DNA of 28,963 nucleotides from positions 1 to 28,963 of the forward strand of contig CAZTYA010000001.1 in NCBI GenBank assembly GCA_964617255.1. Reading direction: 5' to 3'. The notes beneath the pieces are model-generated. The model was not told the DNA's origin, made no database searches, and was given only the letters and a program-made list of their open reading frames with translations. Shown piece by piece: positions 1 through 7,331 of this stretch (position 1 is the first letter of the stretch; every line of letters starts with the position of its first letter). The translations under genes were made by a program, and so were the position numbers. The DNA is from an uncultured Syntrophales bacterium (GTDB lineage Bacteria; Desulfobacterota; Syntrophia; Syntrophales; JAAYKM01).

Positions 1-533
1 TGATGTTTGTAGTAGTTGACCTCGTGGATATGATCCCGGTCATAGGGAATCGTGGCCCGGGAAAAATAGAGGGCAAAAGCATCCTTGTCAAATACCGTCT
101 TGACGGCATTGGGGTGGGTGATCTCCTCTTCCCGGATAATCCGGTAGATCAGCGTGGACATGGGGATAGACGGATCCGCCAGGAGCGGCTCCACCACCTC
201 GTCGACCTGAGTCGGTTCGAAAATGGGCTGATCGCCCTGAATGTTGACGACAATATCATTGGCTTCCAGGCCGAGAACCGTCGCCGCCTCGGCAATCCGG
301 TCCGTTCCGGAACGGTGCCGTTCGGCCGTCATGATGGCCCGGCCGCCGAATTTTTCCACCGCCTCGAAAATCCGCCGGTCGTCGGTGGCCACCGCCGCCT
401 CGGTCACCGTCTTTGCCCGGAGGACCCGCTCATAGACATGCTGGAGCATGGGCTTGCCGCAGAGGTCCGCCAGGGGTTTTCCGGGAAACCGGCTCGATTC
501 GTAGCGGGAGGGAATGACACAGACGATTCTCAT
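1..533 (-). CDS. kdsB: 3-deoxy-manno-octulosonate cytidylyltransferase (CMP-Kdo synthetase), partial; 3' end lies beyond the left window edge
   Basis: Not in the ORF track. Manual minus-strand translation from ATG at 533 gives MRIVCVIPSRYESSRFPGKPLADLCGKPMLQHVYER...VATDDRRI...HRSGTDRIAE...VVNIQGDQP..., carrying the KdsB IPxRYxSxRFPGKPL, SGTDR and QGD motifs. It overlaps the hldD stop as ATGA (530-533). Confidence 0.95.
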   Translation of the reverse strand, partial: MRIVCVIPSRYESSRFPGKPLADLCGKPMLQHVYERVLRAKTVTEAAVATDDRRIFEAVEKFGGRAIMTAERHRSGTDRIAEAATVLGLEANDIVVNIQGDQPIFEPTQVDEVVEPLLADPSIPMSTLIYRIIREEEITHPNAVKTVFDKDAFALYFSRATIPYDRDHIHEVNYYKH

Positions 534-1501
534 AGATGGGCCTCCTGGGCGCCGAGATAATTCGCCACGTAATCCCGGACGGTCTCTTCCAGAGGTTTGA
601 AGGAAACCGGACATCCCAGGTTCCGGAGCTTGTCCATCTTCGCTTCCGTGAAGTACTGGTACTGGGCCTGCAGGTTCTCCGGCATGGGGATGTAGTCGAT
701 TTGAGGTTCCATACCCATGGCCCCGAAAACGGCAGAAATGAGGTCGTTCCAGGTGCGGGATTGGCCCGTTCCGACGTTGAAAATGCCGTTTTTGTCCCGG
801 TTTTGCATAAGCCACCACATGACATCCACACAGTCCTTGACATAGACGAAATCACGCCGCTGCTCCCCGTCGCCGTAATCCGGCCGATGGGATTTGAACA
901 GCCGCACCCGTCCCGTCTCCCGGATCTGGTGGAAGGCCTTGTAGATGACGCTCGACATGTCGCCCTTGTGGAACTCATTAGGCCCGAAAACATTGAAGAA
1001 TTTGATTCCCGCGACCTGTTTCTGGATGCCATAACGCAGGCACCACTGGTCGAAAAGCTGTTTGGAGTAGCCGTACATGTTGATGGGGCGCAGGTCTTTT
1101 ATGCGGGCCTCATCGTCATCGAAACCCTGAAGCCCGTCGCCGTAAGTGGCGGCGGAACTGGCATAAATGAGACGGGGGCTGTGCTTTAACGCCCACTCGG
1201 TCACGCGGCAGGAGTAATGGAAGTTGTTCTCCATGAGGTAGTCCGCGTCCGTTTCCGTCGTGGAGGAACAGGCCCCCATGTGAACAAGGCTCTCGACGGG
1301 AAACGGCACCCGGTCCTCCAGGATCATCTGCAGAAAGACATCCTTGTGGAGAAAATCTGCATAGCGCAGATTGACAAGATTTTTCCACTTGCCGGAAGAG
1401 CCGAGACGATCGACGATAATTACTTTATCGATCCCTTCCCTGTTCAGTTTCCAGACAAAGGCGCTGCCGATAAACCCGGCCCCGCCGGTGACCACGATCA
1501 T
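530..1501 (-). CDS. hldD: ADP-L-glycero-D-manno-heptose 6-epimerase
   Basis: MIVVTGGAGFIGS NAD(P) motif, HMGACSSTTE, YASSAATYG, YGYSK (YxxxK), FFNVFGPNEFHKGDMSSV; AGGAG Shine-Dalgarno upstream. Confidence 0.95.
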   Translation of the reverse strand: MIVVTGGAGFIGSAFVWKLNREGIDKVIIVDRLGSSGKWKNLVNLRYADFLHKDVFLQMILEDRVPFPVESLVHMGACSSTTETDADYLMENNFHYSCRVTEWALKHSPRLIYASSAATYGDGLQGFDDDEARIKDLRPINMYGYSKQLFDQWCLRYGIQKQVAGIKFFNVFGPNEFHKGDMSSVIYKAFHQIRETGRVRLFKSHRPDYGDGEQRRDFVYVKDCVDVMWWLMQNRDKNGIFNVGTGQSRTWNDLISAVFGAMGMEPQIDYIPMPENLQAQYQYFTEAKMDKLRNLGCPVSFKPLEETVRDYVANYLGAQEAHL

Positions 1502-1552
1502 CTTTTAACTCCTATGAATTAAAAGTTAAGTTCCTGTTTCTCACCCTTTCAA

Positions 1553-1683
1553 GAGCCTGTATCGTCGTGTCATTCAGAGGCGCCAGCCGAAGAATCTCTT
1601 CGTTTCAACACACCGTTATTATTAGATTCTTCACTTCGTTCAGAATGACCCCGAATGTAAAATTGTCATTTTGACACAGCCTC
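1553..1683. repeat. Family A palindromic MITE/REP-like element, copy 1 (131 bp)
   Basis: Inner inverted repeats gtcattcaga/tcagaatgac (1569-1578/1640-1649) and gaagaatct/agattcttc. The right end gtcattttgacacagcctc, reverse-complemented, matches the left end of copy 3 at 16/19. The left end gagcctgtatcgtcgt is degenerate but keeps the same 16 nt offset. Confidence 0.8.
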
Positions 1684-1733
1684 CCCAAGGGGAGGGAATC
1701 GGTTCATTACATGCCACTCTATAGCAAAAACAC

Positions 1734-1862
1734 GGCGGCTTTGTAAAAAGCGCCGGAGGCAAGGCGCGCAAATCCTGAGGAATGAGGCGTACTTTCCAAC
1801 CGTATGCCGCAATGACGAAGGATGAAGCGCAACGCAGCATCGGGCCTTTTTACGAAGACGTC
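1734..1862. repeat. Family C 129 bp element with 17 bp terminal inverted repeats (ERIC/MITE-like)
   Basis: ggcggctttgtaaaaag (1734-1750) versus the reverse complement of ctttttacgaagacgtc (1846-1862) is 14/17. Nested inner pairs atcct/aggat (1772-1776/1819-1823) and ggcgtac/gtatgcc (1786-1792/1802-1808). Confidence 0.7.
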
Positions 1863-3065
1863 TTATAACTCCTGTGCAGCCTTTTCGATCGCTGCCTTGA
1901 TCTGGGCGATCCGCTCGTCGGACATCTTCACCGAAATGCCCATCACCAGCGTCCGGCCCAGGAGATCCTCCGCCTGGGGAATGCTTTTCCGTTCGTAGGC
2001 AACCTTACCCTTGTAGGAAGGATCGGTGAAGGGGTACTGTTTCGGGTTCGCCGTCGCAAAAGACAACATATGCTCCCAGTTGGGTGCGTAATGCCACTTG
2101 TTCGCCTTGAAACAAACCGCATCGGCGCCGCCGGCGGACATGCTCTTCTGAAACTTCACCGCCAGTTCTTCCGTCGGCAGGTTGAAGGCGAGGAACGTCG
2201 CCGTGTCGCCGGCCGGATCGGGAATTTCCCGGAAACCGACACCCTTGACCTGGCTCAGGAACCCCTTGATCTTCGCCTTGTTCTTGCGCTGCTCGCTGCA
2301 GACATAATCGAGCTTCCGCAGCTGGGCCAGCCCCAGGGCTCCCTGGAGTTCGTTCATCCGGTAGTTGAAACCCAGGATGTGCCGCCCTTCCATGGCTCGG
2401 GTCACCGCCGGGTTGTGGTCGTGGCCGTGATCATGGTACTCGTCGGCACGCCAGGCGAATTCCTTGTTGTCCGTGATGACCATACCGCCTTCACCGGTGG
2501 TGATCGTCTTGTAATAATCGAAACTGAAAATACCCATGTCGGCAAAGGTTCCCAGTTTCTTCCCTTTGAAGCTGCCGCCGCAGCCCTGGGCGTTGTCTTC
2601 CAGGACCAGGATGTTGTGCTTTTTCGCCACGGCCATGATCTGGTCGATATGGGCCATGGAGCCGCACATGTGGACGGGGATGACGGCCTTGGTCAGGGAG
2701 GTAATCTTCCGTTCGACATCCGCCGGGTCAAGATTCAGGGTGGCATCGATATCGCCCATGACGGGGATGGCGCCTACTTCGAGGACCGCCTCCCAGGTCG
2801 CCACGAAGGTAAAGGCGGGAACGATCACTTCGTCGCCGGGACCGACTCCCATGGCCGCCAGGGCCACCTTCAGGGCCGCCGATCCCGACGTGACGCCCAG
2901 AGCGTAAGTCGTGCCGCAGTACTCGGCAAATTCCTTCTCCAGTTGCTTGACCTTGAAAATGCCTTTTCTCTCGTTGTCAAATCCATAACGCATGAAAACG
3001 CCCGTCTCCAAGACGTCCATGACTTCTTTCATTTCTTCCTTACCGATCAGTTCCGCACCGGCCAT
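1863..3065 (-). CDS. kdnA: PLP-dependent DegT/DnrJ/EryC1/StrS aminotransferase, KdnA-like (8-amino-3,8-dideoxy-manno-octulosonate transaminase)
   Basis: Family motifs SGSAAL, GDEVIVPAFTFVAT, VHMCGSMA, EDNAQ and SFDYYKTITTGEGG (PLP Lys). KdnA-like features recalled from Shewanella KdnA: N-terminal MxGxELxGxEExxEVxDVxExG..RYxFD, DHGHDH, FREIPDPxGD, NxWHYxxNWxH. GGAGG SD; lies next to an Fe-ADH and kdsB. Confidence 0.8.
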   Translation of the reverse strand: MAGAELIGKEEMKEVMDVLETGVFMRYGFDNERKGIFKVKQLEKEFAEYCGTTYALGVTSGSAALKVALAAMGVGPGDEVIVPAFTFVATWEAVLEVGAIPVMGDIDATLNLDPADVERKITSLTKAVIPVHMCGSMAHIDQIMAVAKKHNILVLEDNAQGCGGSFKGKKLGTFADMGIFSFDYYKTITTGEGGMVITDNKEFAWRADEYHDHGHDHNPAVTRAMEGRHILGFNYRMNELQGALGLAQLRKLDYVCSEQRKNKAKIKGFLSQVKGVGFREIPDPAGDTATFLAFNLPTEELAVKFQKSMSAGGADAVCFKANKWHYAPNWEHMLSFATANPKQYPFTDPSYKGKVAYERKSIPQAEDLLGRTLVMGISVKMSDERIAQIKAAIEKAAQEL

Positions 3066-3114
3066 TTTATTGTTCCTCCGTTTGCTTTTTTGTCTTTTAT
3101 TATGAAGCGGTTAA

Positions 3115-3252
3115 GTCATTCTGAGGTGCCAGCCGAAGAATCTTCTTTCATAAGACACCATAAAATATGAATTCTTCGCGGAGTTTATCCTTGAGCGCAG
3201 CAAAGGATTCAGAATGACCACGAACGTAAATTAAACATTATAAGTCAGCCTC
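3115..3252. repeat. Family A palindromic element, copy 2 (left terminal repeat not recognisable)
   Basis: gtcattctgaggtgccagccgaagaatct (3115-3143) is 27/29 identical to copy 1; 3171-3225 is 50/55 identical to 12825-12879; right terminus ...cattataagtcagcctc. Confidence 0.8.
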
Positions 3253-3328
3253 TTGATCCGGGCCCCATCTGCAGAAAGCGACCTCCCGGTAATGGATTCC
3301 GGGTCTCGCTACGCTTGCCCGGAATGAC
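3253..3328. repeat. Family B REP-like element (partial left arm ttgatccgggcccca; right arm tggattccggg...cccggaatgac)
   Basis: Perfect 8 bp stem attccggg/cccggaat (3296-3303/3318-3325) ending in GAC; same architecture as 12947-12974. Confidence 0.65.
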
Positions 3329-3341
3329 ATTTTTTTTACTC

Positions 3342-4499
3342 TCAGTAACACTGTTTGTAAATCTCAACCATGTCCTCCAGTGTCATCTTGCAGGGGTTGT
3401 TCGCCAGGGGCCGCGCCACCGTCATGGCCACCTCGGCCAGCTCCGGGAAAACCGCCTCGGGAATTTCCAACGTCTCCAGCCGTGTGGTGATGCCGCAATC
3501 CTCGATCAGGGCCTCGACCGCTTCCACCGCCAGGTAGGCCGCCTCCCGCAGGGGCAGATTGTCCGTGATCTCGCCCATGACTTCAGCGATATCCATAAAT
3601 TTCTCCAGCGAACCCGGCAGGTTGTAAGCCATAACGGCCGGCAGAATCAACGTATTCGCCAGACCGTGGGGCACGCCGTAACGCCCGCCCAGGGGATAGG
3701 ACAGGGAATGGACCGCCGTCACACCGGCGTTGGCCAGACCGATCCCGGCATAGAGGCTTCCCAAGAGCATCTGCTCCCGCGCCTGGAGGTCGCTTCCGTT
3801 ATGGACGCAGGTTCGGAGGTTTTCTGAAATGAGGCGGATCGCCTCAAGGGAAAACATCTCGCTCATGGATGAGGCGTTAATGGACGTATAGGACTCGATG
3901 GCATGGCACAGGGCATCTATCCCGGTTTCCGCCGTGGGTTTCGGCGGCAGGGTCAGGGTCAGGGTCGGATCGCACAGGGCGATGTCCGGATACAGGTAAG
4001 GGCTGTTCATCCCTTCTTTTTTCTTCAGGTTCTTCCTAACGAAAACGGCGGTGAAGGTCACTTCGCTTCCCGTACCCGCCGTGGTCGGCACCTGGATCTG
4101 CGGCAAACCCGGACCGGGAACGTTGTTCAGGCCGAGATAGTCGACGGCCTTCCCCTTGTTGCCCGCCACGGCCGAAATGGCCTTGGCCGTATCCATCGCG
4201 CTTCCGCCGCCGATCCCGACGACGCAGTCGCATTTTCCCTTGATGGCCGCCTTGGCCCCTTCGTCCACCAGTTCGATGGGGGGTTCGGGAATCACCTTGT
4301 CGTAAATGACGTACTTCATGCCGCCCTTGCCCAGGAGGGCTTCGATCCGCTCCTGGAAACCGGCGCCCGCCAGATTCTGATCCAGGACGATGAGGGGACG
4401 TGAGCCTCTGAGTTCCTTGATATAATCCACCAGGGCGTCAAACGACCCGCTGCCAAAGACGATCTTCTTTGCGCCCGTAAAGGCAAAATTCATTTTCAT
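3342..4499 (-). CDS. Iron-containing (group III) alcohol dehydrogenase; candidate KdnB-equivalent Kdo 8-dehydrogenase
   Basis: GIGGGSAMDTAKA, VPTTAGTGSEVT, and metal ligands in GIDALCHAIES, AVHSLSY and PHGLAN. Start chosen at ATG 4499 (GGGGG SD); the ORF track starts at 4523. Confidence 0.85.
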   Translation of the reverse strand: MKMNFAFTGAKKIVFGSGSFDALVDYIKELRGSRPLIVLDQNLAGAGFQERIEALLGKGGMKYVIYDKVIPEPPIELVDEGAKAAIKGKCDCVVGIGGGSAMDTAKAISAVAGNKGKAVDYLGLNNVPGPGLPQIQVPTTAGTGSEVTFTAVFVRKNLKKKEGMNSPYLYPDIALCDPTLTLTLPPKPTAETGIDALCHAIESYTSINASSMSEMFSLEAIRLISENLRTCVHNGSDLQAREQMLLGSLYAGIGLANAGVTAVHSLSYPLGGRYGVPHGLANTLILPAVMAYNLPGSLEKFMDIAEVMGEITDNLPLREAAYLAVEAVEALIEDCGITTRLETLEIPEAVFPELAEVAMTVARPLANNPCKMTLEDMVEIYKQCY

Positions 4500-4581
4500 G
4501 TTAAAACCCCCTTGCTCTCGCAATTTTTTATGGAAACTTCTCCTGCAAACTTAGGTCTAATACGGATACGGCCGCGTAAAG

Positions 4582-5340
4582 TCAAGTCTTTTTGTCCCTG
4601 TTCTCCAGAAACCATGCCATCTGTCGACAGATGCCCCGGACGATCTTCACCTCCTTGGCCAAAAGCCCCGTCCGCGAAAAGAGACGCCGGATGTGCATCA
4701 TCCAGTACTCCGGATTCTGGGGATTCAAAAAACCGATATTCGTCAGAATATCGCGCACCTGGCCGTACATCCCTTCGAGTTCCCGGGACGTAGCCAGCTT
4801 GGGCGTAAAGCGCCCGTCGGTATCGGGGCGCCAGGCAAAGATTTCGTAACAGAGGATCATGACGGCATGGGAGAGGTTCAGTGACTTGAACGCCGCCGTG
4901 GGGATGTTGACGACCAGATGACAGAAGCGGAGTTCATCATTGGTCAGGCCGGCGTCCTCGGGTCCAAATAAAAGCGCCACCCGGTTTTTCTGAGACATAT
5001 CGCCGACTTTCTCCGCCATCTCCCGGGGCGTGACCACGGGTCCGCGGGCATTCCCGAGCCGGGCCGTCGTCCCGACGACATACTGGAAATCGGCCAGGGC
5101 GGTCTCCAGATCATCGACATAACGGATGCCGTCGATCACGGAGGCGGCGACATGAGTGGCCCGGCGGTACATCTCATCCTGGTCGAGATCACGATTCCCG
5201 ACCACAATGAGCCGTCCGATGCCCATGTTCTTCCCACACCGGGCAATGGCGCCGACGTTGCCGGCAAACTGGGGCCGGCACAGGACGATGGAAATGTTGT
5301 TTGTGTCCGATTTCATAGGCTTTTGGTTCCCGGTTCTCAT
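4582..5340 (-). CDS. trmJ: SpoU-family tRNA/rRNA 2'-O-methyltransferase, TrmJ-like
   Basis: IVLCRPQFAGNVGAIARCGKNMG, VGTTAR, ALLFGPEDAGLTNDEL, SLNLSHAV, and a C-terminal helical dimer region (RRLFSRTGL..KEVKIVRGI). Alternative start at 5316. Confidence 0.85.
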   Translation of the reverse strand: MRTGNQKPMKSDTNNISIVLCRPQFAGNVGAIARCGKNMGIGRLIVVGNRDLDQDEMYRRATHVAASVIDGIRYVDDLETALADFQYVVGTTARLGNARGPVVTPREMAEKVGDMSQKNRVALLFGPEDAGLTNDELRFCHLVVNIPTAAFKSLNLSHAVMILCYEIFAWRPDTDGRFTPKLATSRELEGMYGQVRDILTNIGFLNPQNPEYWMMHIRRLFSRTGLLAKEVKIVRGICRQMAWFLENRDKKT

Positions 5341-5684
5341 ATGACAAAATCATGACCTTGGCAAATGAAAAAACCGGCCACGATGATATTCCGTGTTGTT
5401 TAAGGATGATGTTTTTTAGAAAATGTCGCATGACCTGATCTCCAAATCGGAGAAATCCATTGACAGATCATCACGTTTATCATAAACAACCGGAAATATT
5501 ATAGCTTTTGTGTGGCTTTGCCATTCACCCACCCAATGGGGGCCGGTGTTAACGAACCAGGGTTTTTGCTCCTTTTGATAACCAACAGAAGGGTTATCGG
5601 ATGAACTTAACCACAACATGTAAGGTCTTTCATCAATATAGATCATTTCGGTCTATGCAAATCACTTCCATCCGGGGGGACGTG

Positions 5685-6209
5685 ATGTTTCCCGTTCCGC
5701 CAACACAAAAAGGGTTCACCCTGCTCGAAGTCATCGCCATCCTTTTGATTTTAGGCATCATTTCCGCGGTTGCCGTCTCCAGAATCGAAACGGACAGCAG
5801 CACCCTCTTTACGACCAGAGATTCCCTGATGGCGCATCTGCGTCTGGCACAGATGCGAGCCATGAACACCACGGCAGACGGCGACTCCGTGTGGGGTCTG
5901 CGCTTTGCCGGAAACAGTCAATACCACCTCTTTTATTGCCCGGCAGCCAGCAGTTGCGACCCGGCGAACCTTGCAAGAAAAGTGGTCGCGCCGGGCGCAG
6001 CCGCCGCAGACATTGATTTAACCGCGAATCAGGTGACATTATCCGGCATCCCGTTTCCCTTCGTTCTTGCCTTTAACCGATTCGGAACTCCTTTCGGCAG
6101 CGCGGCTCTGACCACACCTCTGGGATCCTCCGTCACGATCACCCTGCAGGCCTCCGGGACATCCAGCAGTATCACCATCACACCCCTGACCGGGAGGATT
6201 TCCTCGTGA
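5685..6209 (+). CDS. Type IV prepilin-like minor pilin (FimT/GspH/MshC-like)
   Basis: Class III signal QKG|FTLLE plus hydrophobic helix; RDSLMAHLRLAQMRAM segment; GGGGGA SD before ATG 5685 (the ORF track starts at 5601). Confidence 0.85.
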   Translation: MFPVPPTQKGFTLLEVIAILLILGIISAVAVSRIETDSSTLFTTRDSLMAHLRLAQMRAMNTTADGDSVWGLRFAGNSQYHLFYCPAASSCDPANLARKVVAPGAAAADIDLTANQVTLSGIPFPFVLAFNRFGTPFGSAALTTPLGSSVTITLQASGTSSSITITPLTGRISS

Positions 6210-6646
6210 GAACCCTGGCAAGATCCTCCCGACGGAATGGTTTTTCTCTGATTGAATTGATCGTGATCATTGTTCTTTTCGGCATAATGGGAACCTTTCT
6301 GATCACGCTTAAGGGGCCTCTGGTAAACAGCACCGCTTCTTACTCATGGTTCCAGGATCAAATGGCACTGCAACAGGAAATGGAGAACATCATCGGTCAG
6401 TATAAATATAACCGGTCTACACAAGGAACGCTTTTCGGGTTAACCGCCTTCAGGTCTTGGGTGCTTGGCAGACCTTATGTGGTATCGGCGGAAACGGGAT
6501 TCATCACATTCACACCCGCCCTCAGTGCCGGAACAACAACCTACAGCAGTTCATCCATACAAACGTCTCCTCCGGGTGGCGCCCCGGCGATTTTGATCGT
6601 CACGTTGCGCCTTAACGGCCAAACCCTTTCATGCCTGCTAAGCTGA
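6206..6646 (+). CDS. Type IV prepilin-like minor pilin (PilV/GspI/MshD-like)
   Basis: RNG|FSLIE plus hydrophobic helix; GTGA overlap with the previous stop. Confidence 0.8.
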   Translation: MRTLARSSRRNGFSLIELIVIIVLFGIMGTFLITLKGPLVNSTASYSWFQDQMALQQEMENIIGQYKYNRSTQGTLFGLTAFRSWVLGRPYVVSAETGFITFTPALSAGTTTYSSSSIQTSPPGGAPAILIVTLRLNGQTLSCLLS

Positions 6647-6655
6647 CGGAGGAAT

Positions 6656-7291
6656 GTGCCATTGAATCGAAATAACGGCGGTTTTACTATCATCGAGGTC
6701 ATTGCTTATCTGGTGATTCTGGGAATCATCGTAGCGATTACCGGTATGGGTCTTGTCGAAGGCATCCGGTCTTATTTGTTCACCCGCATGACCGCAGACA
6801 CAGTTCAACAGGCCCAGTTCGCGTTGACCCGCATGAGACTGGAGTTTGTAAACATGGAGACGCCTTCGGCCGGCAACATAGATTCCATAACGTTCCGCAG
6901 TGACAACACCCGACGGAGTGCTGTCGGCAGCGGGTATCTTAACCAGGGCTATGATACTCCCGGAACGACATACCAATTCAGCAGGACGGGGACCCAGATC
7001 AATCTGACCCGTCGCGCCTCCGGCGGCTCCGCCGAGACGCAACCGCTGATCACCGGCCTGGGTCCTTACGGAACAAACGCAGCAGCAGACGCCTTTCTCG
7101 GCTACACGGTGAACACGGCCACGTCACCGTCGGGAAGCCTGCCGGGTGACTTCCGCGACCTGAAACTCATCGCCGTCCGCCTGATTATGAACCGCACCGA
7201 TGAAAATGGAACCTTGACCTTTGTCACGGCGGTCAATCCCAGGAATAACGGCCTGGCCAACTGTCCTGAATCGATACCGGGAGGACAATAA
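6656..7291 (+). CDS. Type IV prepilin-like minor pilin (PilW/GspJ/MshO-like)
   Basis: NGG|FTIIE, hydrophobic helix, QQAQFALTRMRLEF typical of PilW/GspJ-type helices; GGAGG SD with GTG start. Confidence 0.85.
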   Translation: MPLNRNNGGFTIIEVIAYLVILGIIVAITGMGLVEGIRSYLFTRMTADTVQQAQFALTRMRLEFVNMETPSAGNIDSITFRSDNTRRSAVGSGYLNQGYDTPGTTYQFSRTGTQINLTRRASGGSAETQPLITGLGPYGTNAAADAFLGYTVNTATSPSGSLPGDFRDLKLIAVRLIMNRTDENGTLTFVTAVNPRNNGLANCPESIPGGQ

Positions 7292-7331
7292 ATCCCTTGC
7301 TGAAATGCTTCCGGAAGAAAGAAAATCGCCC

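Noticed and set aside
3-560. Plus-strand 185 aa ORF from the track
   Set aside because: Antisense shadow of kdsB, which has clear family motifs on the minus strand.
1553-3328. Repeats as a CRISPR array or rho-independent terminators of the minus-strand genes
   Set aside because: No regularly spaced repeat-spacer units and no cas genes; the hairpins lack minus-strand U-tracts.
5341-5684. sigma54 promoter or riboswitch upstream of the pilin cassette
   Set aside because: No GG-N10-GC in a TGGCAC...TTGC context and no recognisable aptamer core.
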